Source of the DNA: an uncultured Planctomycetota bacterium
GTDB taxonomy: Bacteria > Planctomycetota > Planctomycetia > Isosphaerales > Isosphaeraceae
Assembly (NCBI GenBank): GCA_963823665.1
Contig: CAWGMQ010000010.1
Coordinates: 2,592,001-2,656,000, forward strand
DNA length: 64,000 nucleotides
Direction: 5' to 3'
Part shown: one piece after another, positions 21,968-32,489 of the stretch
Layout: every line of letters begins with the position of its first letter
Position numbering within the stretch: the stretch's first letter is position 1
Made by a program: the position numbers and the translations under genes
Notes under the pieces: generated by a model
The model's database searches: none
Seen by the model: only the letters and a program-made list of their open reading frames with translations
Told to the model about the DNA's origin: nothing

Positions 21968-22931
21968 GAGCTTCTCTGCCTCCAAAACCACCGATTTGCG
22001 ACACATCCTTACCACCATTGGGTTTAAGTGTGACGATGGAATAATCGGAACCCGGGGGTTTATCGTCGTAAACACCTGTTCGGCTGGCATTTAGGGCGTG
22101 ACGATGGAATATTCGGAACCATGCCGATTTTGGATGTAAAATCATATGGCGACTAAAGTTATGGCGTGACGATGGAATATTCGGAACTCTGGCTTCTCTA
22201 TATTGGCACTGAATCCGGCGCCTGGTGTGTCCATTTTTCGGGCTCCCGCCCAGAGAGGAGTTCGTTTTGTAGATTTGTCGTGCGCCCTTACGCCACAAGG
22301 ACTACGGGAACGCATTCGCTCGCTCCAGCAAACGAGTCATGGGCCGAACTCGAGGCCTGGTTCAAAGGAACCACGGGTAGGGTCATACCCGCGATGGATC
22401 GCAGCCCGTAGGGTGGGTGCAACCCACCGGCCTCTTTGGCTGTCCGACGGACCGCCTGAGGGGTCCAAAACATAGTGAACAACGCGAGAGATTCCCGGTG
22501 GCGCTTTTGTGTTACCCGCGCCACGAGGTATTCTTGATCGTCAGAAGGCATCGAGATCATATCTTATCCCCTGGCACCAATCCGACTTGTGGATCGACGT
22601 AGCCCATCGTTTATGAGCATTCACACATGGCGCATTGTGGCGCAAAGTGGCGCTTTTTGGACGGTCTCGAGCATCCGTGCACAGGTGTAAATCCTGGATT
22701 CCGAAAGCGGCCAACGGCCGCCAGCCGTCACCCGTTGAAAGCAGCTCAATGGAGTCGGAATCATGCTCAGCCCTCGAAAGTAGGTCAGGCTTTCACCCTG
22801 ACGATCAGTACATCGTTCGCCTCGCTCAGGACGACTTTGCGCGTCGATTTCCCGGTTGTTGCCGTTGATCCCCCGGTTGAGGCACCGCCCAGCCGGCGCA
22901 CGCACGCACGGCTCCTATCTAGATGATCTAC
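21968..22931. repeat. Non-coding module copy A (homologous to 36867-37593), starting with a 68-bp-period triple repeat
   Basis: Core GTGACGATGGAATA(A/T)TCGGAAC at 22030, 22098 and 22166. Further blocks shared with copy B: CCAAAACATAGTGAACAAC, GAGCATCCGT.CAC..GTGTAAA and ATCTACAA. Confidence 0.8.
22408..22428 (+). repeat. REP element (GTAG + hairpin)
   Basis: GTAG-GGTGGGT-GCA-ACCCACC, the canonical GTAG-family REP architecture. Confidence 0.7.
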
Positions 22932-23147
22932 AAAACCCCGGTTCCATTTGCCAAAAAGATGTGAAATTCGTCCATTTCGAGTGAGATTCCTCCGCCCTCC
23001 GTCCTGATTTGTGCATCGCGGCCGACGCATCATGACGATCTCGACAGTTGGCAGAGCCCTCCTGAGAATTCCCAAAGAAAATCTGCGCCGCGGTCCGGGT
23101 CGGACGCACATTGATTATAGTGCGTAGGCACGAGAGGACTCCGACAC

Positions 23148-26100
23148 ATGGCCATTGAGACACTGGGCGTGGCCCTGCGACAGCTCAGGGGCTTGTTCGC
23201 CGACGGTACGATCGCGGGGCTGTCCGACGCGCAGCTCCTGGAGCGGTTCCTCAGCCTGGGGGACGCCGGGGCCTTCGAGGCATTGGTGGGGCGGCACGGA
23301 CCGATGGTCCTGAGCGTCTGCCGTGCGTTCTTGCGCGATCCTCACGATGCCGAAGACGCCGTGCAGGCCACGTTCCTGGTCCTGGTAAAAAACGGAGGCG
23401 CAATCCAGCGGCGAGACGCCTTGGCGGGCTGGCTGCACATGGTCGCGCATCGCGTCGCGATCCAGGCCAACAAATCCCTGGCTCGCCGGCGCAGGCTCGA
23501 GAGAGAGGTGGCAGAGATGGCTGTCGCGACATCCACGAACGGCCAGGCAGCCGGGCATGATCTGCTGCCCGCGTTGCACGAGGAGATCGCCCGGCTGCCC
23601 GAGAAGTACCGGCTCGCGGTCGTCCACTGCGACCTGGAGGGCATGACCCAGGCGCAGGCCGCCGGGCAATTGCACTGGAGCAGACGGACGCTCCAGCTCC
23701 GGCTGGCCCAGGCGCGCACCCGGCTCAAGCGCCGACTGGCCCGACGCGGCCTGGCGCCGGATAGCGCGACGCTCGGTGTGATACTGCTGCGCGAGGCGCG
23801 AGCGGCTGTTCCGCAAGCCTGGTGCGAAGCGACCGTTCGTGCCGCGGTCGCCACGGTCAATCACGCAGTGACCGCTGGCGTCGTCTCGGCGGTGGCTCAG
23901 CAATGGGGTCAGGAGGTGTTCAAGGTCATGCTGCTTCGAAAGCTCACATGGGTGTCGGTCACTCTGCTGGCGACAAGCTTGATCGGCTGGGGGGCGTCGG
24001 CCGCCTTCCTCTCTCTTCGTGAGCAGGCCCCGCAGGGGGCGGGAGCCGGGGCGGCCGCGCGCGCGGCGGCGCCCTCCCGGCCCAGGGCGGAGACCATCGC
24101 TCCGCAGGTGGAACCGGGCTCCGCTCTTGCGGCCGGCACACTTCCGGCTCGCGGCCGTGTGCTCGACCCCGATGGCAGGCCCGTCGTCGGCGCCGGGGTC
24201 TACGTGCGCCATTATGTCGAAGCGCGCTGGAACCCGATCGACACGATCGCCGCGCGGCAGAAGGGCGCGTGGCCGTGACGGACGCAGACGGTCGGTTCTC
24301 TTTCGAGTTCGAGAAACGCGCGAGCGATGGCTCTTACTACAGCAGCCAGACCGGTTGGCACAACGCCCAGATCGCCGTCGCCGCGCCCGGATTCGCACCG
24401 GCCTGGGTTGAGGCCGGGGATATGGTCAAACGCGGCGAGATGCCGCTCCGGCTGGTCCGGGACGACGTACCGGTTTGGGGGCGCGTCCTGGATTCGCAAG
24501 GCCGGCCTGTCGCCGGGGTGACAGTGCGAATCCGAGCGATCTGGGAGGTCAAGGACGGCTTTGACCTCGATGCCATGCTTGACTCGGGCGCGGTTCCTGA
24601 AAATATGTGGCAGATCGCGCGAGTGTACGGCAAAGTGCTTGGCGAGGCAGCCCCGGCCTGGCAAGAGGATCCGGCGCCGCTCTGGCCGGGCGGCAAGAAC
24701 GTTTGGACCAGCGGCGCCGACGGTCGGTTCGAAGTTCAGGGGATCGGGCGCGACCGCATCGCCCGCCTGGAATTCCACGGCGGCGGAGTGGCAGACGGTA
24801 CTCTCGACGTCATGGCCCGACCTGGGAAGGGACCGCCCAAGGCCCGGCCGCTCCCCAACAAGCGCAGGGAAATGGGAATCAAGGACCGCGAAGCCGCGTT
24901 CCTTGGCATGTACCCTCAGGGTACGCAGCTCGTCGGTGCGACCTTCGACTTTATCGCGGGCCCGACCAAGCCGATCGCGGGCGTCATCCGTCTGAAGGGC
25001 TCCGGCAAGCCGGTCGAAGACGCCATTGTCAGCGGCGCCGACGTGGGAACGCATACCGCTGTCACTGCCCGGACCGATGCGTCGGGCCGCTTCCGCCTCG
25101 ATGGGGTGCCCAAGGGGGAGTACTACCAGATCCAGGTCAACCCAAGGCAAGGAATCGACCCGTTCCTCCGCCGCTGGGATATTATCGATGACACGGAGGG
25201 GCTCAAGCCGATCGAGACGGCGATCGAGGTGCCCCCGGGGGTGATCGTGACCGGACGGTTGATCGACAAGGTGACGGGCCGGGTCGTCCCGCCTGCGGAT
25301 GTGGAATACACCAAGGCGCCGGATAACCTGGCCACCGGAGACGCGTTGGCATTCTCCCGCCTCGCCGACGGGGCGTTCGGACTGACCGTCCCACCGGGAC
25401 GCGGGATGATTGCCGGGGCCGCAGCCGTCGAGGGGAAGGATGACCCGTACGTCGCCGCTCACCTGAAGGCAGCGGACCGAAGCCAGAAGGGGATCGAGGC
25501 CAGGTTATATCCACACAAGCTCGTCGGTCATCACACCTATCGATTCATCGACGTCCCAGCCCGCTTGGGACCCCTGGCTGTGGACCTCGAGCTGACCCGC
25601 GGCGCGAGCCGCGCGGTCCGACTCACCGGCCCGGACGGGCTGCCCGTCGTCGGCGCCCTGGCTTACGGCGCGAGTGCCCGCGACTGGTCAGGGACCGAGC
25701 GCTCAAGGGCGCTCGACACCGATACCTTCGAGGTCGGGGGTCTGGAGCCGGGCCACCCTCGGCTGTTGGTGTTCACGCACAAAGCCCGCAAGCTCGTCGG
25801 AGCGGCCGTGCTCAAAGACGAAGACCTGAAATCCACCGAACCGCTGGAGATCAAGCTCTTCCCGGCGGGCGCGATCACAGGACGGCTCCTCGACCAGGAT
25901 GGCCTGCCGTGGGCGGGGGCCACGCTTCATGTCTGGATGACCGACCCGGACCGGCCCCCAAGCTTGGGCTTCGGATGTGCCTTCGGCGAGGCGGTCACCG
26001 CCGACGCGCAGGGTCGCTTCCGGCTCGAGGCGTTCGTGCCGGGCGTTGAGACTGAGATTATCATCTCAGTCCCGAATCGCATCGGCGTCCAGCTCGACGG

Positions 26101-26188
26101 CGGCAATGCCCTCCGGAAGCCCGCCCTGAAACCGGGTGAGCTCCGTGACCTGGGCGACGTGAAGGCCAAGGAAATGCATCAACAATGA
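23148..26188 (+). CDS. ECF sigma-70 factor with long TM-linked C-terminal extension of carboxypeptidase-regulatory-like repeats (frameshift near 24270)
   Basis: DAQLLERF..GD..AFEALVGRHGPMVLSVCR, DAEDAVQATFLVL, region 4 LPEKYR; then a TM helix and GRVLDPDGRPV.GA / TDADGRF repeats. Confidence 0.88.
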
Positions 26189-26225
26189 CCGCTTGGAGGG
26201 GAGGGGGCCGGTGCGAGCGCACGCC

Positions 26226-27558
26226 ATGCGACGGATTTCGGGCGATTACTGGGCGCCCTATGTCCCCGACGAAACCCTGCCTTGGGACCTGCGACGGGTG
26301 GTCCACCTGCACCGCCGGGCCGGCTTCGCCGCCACCTGGGACGAGCTGCGGCGCGATCTGAACGACGGCCCCGAAGTCTCGATCAACCGGCTCCTGGAAG
26401 GGAAGTCCCGATCCTGCGGCATCCCTGCGGAGTTCACCGAGTTCGCCGATCGCCTGGCGGACCGGGCGGTGGCCGCTCCCGCGTCCAATCGCCTCAAGGG
26501 TTGGTGGGTCTACCGCATGCTCTTCGGTCCGGACCCGCTGACCGAACGCCTGACGCTCTTGTGGCACGGACACTTCGCCACCGGCAACCTCAAGGTCAAT
26601 GACCTGGGCTTGATGCGCCGGCAGAATGAGAACCCTGCGCTCGCTCGGCCGCGCCCCGTTCGGAACGCTCCTGCGTGCGATGCTCCGCGAGCCGGCCTTG
26701 CTCATCTGGTTGGACGCGCCCGATAACACCAGGGACCACCCCAATGAGAACCTGGCCCGCGAGCTGATGGAGCTCTTCACGCTCGGTGTCGGTGCCTTTT
26801 CCGAGGACGATGTCAAGCAGGCGGCCCGCGCCCTGACCGGCTGGCGGCTCGCGGGCGATCAGGTCCGGCTTATTCCCTCGCGGCACGACCCGGGCACCAA
26901 GACCATCCTCGGCCGCACCGCCGCCTTCGATACCGACGGCCTGACGGAGTTGCTCCTCGACCATCCAGCCACGTCCCGCCGCGTGGCCTGGCGGCTGTGC
27001 CATGAGTGTTTCGGCGAAGAGGCGGTTGACGATCGGGCAATCGACGCCCTCGCCGAGGGGCTGCGAGCCCACCACCTTGACATCGGCTGGGGCATCGCGA
27101 CGGTGCTCCGATCGCGCCTCTTCTTTGACATCGCCAACCTGGGCCGGCGCATCGCCAGCCCGATCGATTATGTCGTGGGCACGGTGCGGGCACTCGAGAT
27201 GTTCGACCCATCACCGAGCACGCCGGTGCTGGCCGACTGGTGCGGCCGGCTGGGCCAGGACCTGTTCGATCCGCCCAATGTCGGCGGCTGGAGCGGCGGG
27301 CGAAGCTGGATCACGACCCGCTCGGCCATCGGGCGGGCCAATTTCGCCGCGGCCCTGGTCGACGGCGCGGAGGTCGGGCTCGGCAAGTCGTTCGACCCGA
27401 TCGCGCTGGCCGACCGCCATGGCCAACGTCGCAACCCGTCGTTCTACGCAAACTTGCTGCTCGGTGCCGTTGGCCCCAAGGTCCCGCTCGATGCGCCGGG
27501 ACCGGCCCGGCAGGCCCTCATCCGACTGTTGGCATCGTCCGAAGCGCAGCGGATTTGA
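26226..27558 (+). CDS. DUF1800 domain protein (frameshift near 26635)
   Basis: HLHRRAGFAA, PLTERLTLLWHGHFAT, PNENLARELMELFTLG, PPNVGGW. Confidence 0.9.
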
Positions 27559-27580
27559 CCATTTCTCAGGAGGTGAGATC

Positions 27581-28787
27581 GTGATCACACGCCGAGGCTT
27601 CTTCGCCCGCAGCCTGCGGGATTCGTCGCTGATCGCGCTGGCGCCGGCGCTGCCCGGATTCCTGCGCGCACGGCGCGCGCCGCCGGCCCGGCGAAAGACG
27701 GCCGCATCCTGGTGGTCGTCCAGCTCAACGGCGGCAACGATGGCATCAATACGGTCGTCCCGTTCAAGGACGAGGGGTACGCCAGGCATCGCAAGGCCAT
27801 CCGACTGCCCGAGGGGCGGCTGATCAAGGTCAACGGCGAGGTTGGTCTGCACCCGGCGATGCGCGATGCGGGGAAGCTGCTGGAATCGGGCCGGCTGGCG
27901 ATCGTTCCGGGCGTCGCCTATCCGAACCCGAGCCGTTCGCACTTCCGCAGCATGGCGATCTGGCAATCGGCCCGGCTCGACGCCCGCGACCACACCGGGC
28001 TGGGCTGGGTCGGCCGCGGCCTCGACGAGGGTCCTGCGACTCACGACGGCGCGCCGGCGGCCATGCTGATCGGACCCAACGACCTGCCGCCGGCCATTCG
28101 AGGCCAGCGCTCGATCGAGCGCCGCGCTCGACCGGCTCGACGACTATGCCTTGAGCGACAAGGAGGCCGCGGCCAAGCCGACCGGCTCCTCCACAGCCGG
28201 GGACGACCTGGGGCTGTTCCTGCACCGCAGCCTGCTGGACGCCTACACGACCGCGGACCGTCTCGAGGCCGTCAGCGAAGCCCGCGGCGATGCGGCTTAT
28301 CCCGAGTCGGGAGCTCGCCCGTCGGCTGAAGCTGACGGCGCGGCTGATCAAGGCCGGGCTGGGCACGCGCGTCTATTATCTCGAACAGGGCGGATACGAC
28401 ACCCACAGCTACCAGGTCCCGCCCCACGCCGCGCTGCTGGAGGAGCTCTCGGCCTCGCTCCGGGCGTTCCTCGACGATCTGGCCGCGGCGCGGCTGGCCG
28501 ACAGGGTCCTGGTGCTGGTCTTCAGCGAGTTCGGCCGCCGCGTCGCCGAAAACGGCTCGAAAGGAACTGACCACGGCACTTCCGGGCCGGTGCTCCTGGC
28601 GGGGCCGTCGGTCCGGCCGGGCCTGCACGGGGCCTACCCGAGCCTCACCGATCTGGTCGACGGCGACCTGAAGATCGCGGTGGACTTCCGCCGCGTCTAT
28701 GCCACCGTCCTCGAGGATTGGCTCGGCCTGCGATCGAAGCAATCCCTGGGCGGCGCCTTCGAGTCGCTGCCGCTTTTTGACTCGTGA
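27581..28787 (+). CDS. DUF1501 domain protein (DUF1800 partner type; several frameshifts)
   Basis: GTG after AGGAGG; twin-Arg-like TRRGF; LVVVQLNGGNDGINTVVP, PSRSHFRSM.IW, GGYDTH, FSEFGRRV.ENGS.GTDHG. Confidence 0.9.
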
Positions 28788-28920
28788 GCTCGCCTATACG
28801 ACAGTATCAACCACGCCCGATCATGGCCTTGATCGCACCCGATCGTGCCGTTGCTCCGATTCGGAATACACGGCCGCCCGAATCGGCGAGAATCGTCGGC
28901 GAGCCCGGCCAGAATCCCTG

Positions 28921-28987
28921 CTTGCCGTGTACACGCTCGATCGCGACGTAAGCGGCGGAGCCCTTCACATCGGTCATACCTGTTAAC
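28921..28987 (-). pseudogene. Internal fragment of a DUF3224 gene (copy of 35408-35474)
   Basis: 62/67 nt identical; identical peptide LTGMTDVKGSAAYVAIERVHGK. Confidence 0.85.
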
Positions 28988-29410
28988 CCGAACTTACCGA
29001 TCAATTGCATTGTAATGTGAAGTGAAAGCATTACTTACGCGCGCGCTGCGCGCGCATTTCTGGCTACAGGGTAACGCTGAGCAGGTCTAAGGCTCGCTGC
29101 TGCTGCAGCGATGGCTGGGTTAACTCGTAGAATTCCGAGCCGGTTTCCCCTTCTAGCCGCACTTTGTTCTTGGCCAGCGTCCCCAGATCGACCAGCAGGG
29201 CGCGGAAGCTGTGAACGGGCAAGCTGTCTGCTTGGTCTTATCTTTGGCTCGGGCGGCGTCGGAACGTGGAGCCGGCTCTACAATCGAGGTACGCGCCGCC
29301 TCCGCCGCCTCCCGATCATGATCTTCGAATAAGAGCGGAGCAAGTTTCTCACGCATGTGCCACTCGACATACTAGGCCAACATAAAAAGAAATACATGTG
29401 CTCGGGTTCG
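28984..29410 (-). mobile_element. IS1634-like transposase 3' remnant with IS right end
   Basis: HVFLFMLA..., MREKLAPLLFEDHD, PVHSFRALLVDLGTLAKN and QQRALDLL, typical of the IS1634 C-terminus. Ends ...AAGTTCGGGTTAA at the junction with the DUF3224 fragment. Confidence 0.75.
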
Positions 29411-29461
29411 GTCATCTAAGGCCCGTGAGTAGCAACGGAACAGAACACTGGAATATGGCTT

Positions 29462-32441
29462 CTACTCCGGCGGTTTCTCGGCCCCCTTGCCTGCCACCAG
29501 TTCCTTGTGCCACTTCGCGGCTTCGTCGGGCTTGTCCATCGCCTCGTAAAGTTGGACGAGACGCTCCAGGGCTTCCATCAATCGATTCCTGGCCTCTGGC
29601 GGGATCGTTGCCTCCTGCTGGTTCATCCCCTCATAGCCGGCCAGCAGCAGCGGCTCGGCGGCCACATACTTCTTCTGGCCCAGCAGCGCCCCACCGAGCG
29701 CCGATTTGGTGTTGGACGTTGACCAGGCGTCAGGCTGCGTCTTCTCACGGATGGCCAGGCACTCGAAGAGCAGATGTTCGGCGTCCGTCCATTTCTTTTG
29801 GTTCAGCAGAATCCGACCGAGTAGTGCCAACTCGTCGGCATAGGCCGGTGTGTCTCCACCCCATTTCTGTTTCTCCAAGGGTAGTAGCTCCCGCTGAAGA
29901 AACTCGGCTTTGTCGAACTGCTTGACCTGATTGTAGGCAGCGACGATGAGTTTCATGCTTTGGAGTGTGTGGGGATGTTCGGGGCCGAGCTTGGCTTTCC
30001 GGAGCTTCAGCGTCTCCTCGAAGAGCGGCAGGGCCAGGTCCCGCTTCCCGGCAGCCTGATACGCCCCGGCGAGGTTGTTCATGCTTTGGAGTGAGTCGGG
30101 ATGTTCGGGACCAAGCTTGGCTTTCCGGAGCTTCAGCGTCTCCTCGAAGAGCGGCAGGGCCAGGTCCCGCTTCCCGGCAGCCTGATACGCCCCGGCGAGG
30201 TTGTTCATGCTTTGGAGTGAGTCGGGATGTTCGGGACCAAGCTTGGCTTTCCCGAGCTTCAGCGTCTCCTCGAAGAGCGGCAGGGCGAGGTCCCGCTTCC
30301 CGGCATCCTGATACGCCCCGGCGAGGTTGTTCATGCTTTGGAGTGTGTCGGGATGTTCGGGACCAAGCTTGGCTTTTCGGAGCTTCAGCGTCTCCTCGAA
30401 GAGCGGCAGGGCCAGGTCCCGCTTCCCGGCAGCATGATACGCCATACCGAGGTTGTTCATGCTCATGAGCGTGTGGGGATGTTCGGGGCCGAGCGTGGCT
30501 TTCCGGAGCTTCAGCAATTCCTCAAGGAGCGGCAGGGCCAGGTCCGGCTTCCCGGCATCGTCATACGCCAGGGCGAGGTTGTTCATGCTAATCAGCGTCA
30601 ACGGATGTTTGGAGCCCAAGGTGCGTTGCAGTCCCTTGGCGGCCGTTTCCGCCATCGTCAGGACCTCGGCGTCTTGTCGACCACGGTGGCGAAAAATGTG
30701 CGCGAGTTCGCCTTGAGACCACAAGGCGGCGGCCGACTGCGGGTCGCGTTTCCGCGCCGCATCCACCATGGCCCGCCACTGCTTTTCGGCCTTAGCCCAT
30801 GACGCCAGGCCGTGATACGTGTCCGCGATCGTCTGGCGGAGGGCGAGTTCGAGTTCCGGCTGGCCCACGAACCTCGTTCCCACCTTCTCTGCCGCGCGGT
30901 CGAGCACTTCCAGCATCGTAACATGATCCTCGATTGCGTTGTTTGCCGGCTCAGCCTGGGTCAGCAGATCCTGCGTCAAGAACTCATTGATTGTCTTGGT
31001 CTTCGCCTCGGCTGCGATCGCTTTGTCGCGCTCCACGACTGCCATGGCGCAGTTGCTCGGCTTCCGCTTTCTGCGATGCCAGCGCTTGCAGCTTGGCCTG
31101 CCTTTCACCTTCCGCTCGCGCGGATTCGGCCTGTTGCGCTTGCAATGCGGCTCTCTCCGCCCGCGTCGCCCGCACCGCTTGCCAGGTGCTGACGGCCACA
31201 CCCGCCACGAGGAGCAGCGCGATCGCCGCCGCTGTCGTCAAGGCCGCCCGATGCTTGCGCACGAACTTCCACAGCCGGTAGCGAGCGCTGGGCGGCGCCG
31301 CCAGCACGGGCTCGGAGGCCAGGTAGCGCTGAATGTCCATCGCGAGGCCGTTGGCGGTTTCGTACCGGCGGGTGCGGTCCTTTTCCAGGGATTTCATCAC
31401 GATCCAGTCCAGCTCGCCGCGCACCAGCTTCGCCAACCTCGCCGGCTCCGTATGCCGGCCAGCGGCCAGCGACGGCAACGCCTGGCTGGAACTCAGCCGC
31501 GCGCTCGGCCGGGGCGGCTCTTCCTCCCGAATGATCCGGCGGACCTCGTCCCAGGCCGCCTGCTTGAACCGCTGCTTCTCCAGCGGCGTCGTCCCGGTCA
31601 GCAGCTCGTAGAGCAGGACGCCCAGGGAGTAAATGTCCGAGCGCGTGTCCACGTCGAGGTTGTTGAACTGCGACTGCTCGGGGGACATGTACTGCGGCGT
31701 GCCCAGCACCGTCTCGTGGGCCGTGTGCAGCGTCCGCTCGGTCAGCGATTGGTGCATCGCCTTGGCCAGACCGAAGTCGATCACCTTGGGCACCGGCGTG
31801 TCGTCGTAGGGAGCAACGAGAATGTTGGAGGGTTTCAGGTCGCGGTGAATGATTCCCTTCTGGTGCGCGTGCTGGACGGCCCGGCACACCTGTACGAACA
31901 AGGTGAGCCGTAGAGGCACGCTCAGCCGGATGGCGTCGCAATACTCGGTGATCGGTACGCCCTTGACGTATTCCATGACGAAGAAAGGCCGGCTGGTTTC
32001 GGTCAACCCACCGTCGAGCACCTTGGCGATGTTGGGATGGTCCATGACCGCCAGGGCCTGCCGCTCGGCCTCGAAGCGGGCCAGGACGGACTTCGAGTCC
32101 ATGCCGGCCTTGATGAGCTTCAGCGCCACTTTGCGACGAACCGGTTGCGTTTGCTCGGCGACCCAAACCGTGCCCATGCCGCCTTCGCCGATCGCTTCGA
32201 GCAGCTTGTAGCGGCCGGCGATGACCGTGCCGGGTATTTCCATAAAGGGCGGATCATCCACCGTGGCCGTTGTTCGGGCGATATGACTCTGAAGAAAAGG
32301 GCCGGGCTGGTCGTGCGCCTTCAACAGCGACTCGACCTCCCGGCGCAGCTCGTGGTTCGTCCCACAGGCCCCGTCGAGATACGCCGTGCGATGCTCCGGA
32401 GACAATTTAACGGCGGCCTTGAAAATTCCAGATTCGGTCAT
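29462..32441 (-). CDS. Hanks-type Ser/Thr protein kinase with TM helix and 42-aa TPR repeats (frameshift near 31050)
   Basis: IGEGGMGTV, VALKLIK, HRDLKPSN, DFGLAK, GTPQYMSPEQ; then HPxxLxSMNNLAxAY TPR units. Confidence 0.93.
29955..30607 (-). repeat. 126-bp tandem repeat (about 5.2 units) encoding TPR units
   Basis: For example ACGCCCCGGCGAGGTTGTTCATGCTTTGGAG recurs at 30061, 30187 and 30313. Confidence 0.95.
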
Positions 32442-32489
32442 GGCGTTCTCCCTCGATCGGATGGCCTCTCATCATCTCACAGCTCCCTC

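Noticed and set aside
22030..22187. Canonical CRISPR array
   Set aside because: Only three 22-bp repeats with long 46-bp spacers that share internal motifs, and no cas genes in the window. Kept as an unexplained array rather than called CRISPR.
24269..26188. Separate anti-sigma gene downstream of the ECF
   Set aside because: The break falls in the middle of a GRVLD...TDADGRF repeat and the second ORF has no signal peptide, so one frameshifted gene is the better reading.
30939..32166. Long overlapping or antisense ORFs (e.g. 30939..31913+, 31105..32166-, 43588..45057-, 60487..61977-)
   Set aside because: Shadow ORFs of high-GC genes with no recognisable motifs.
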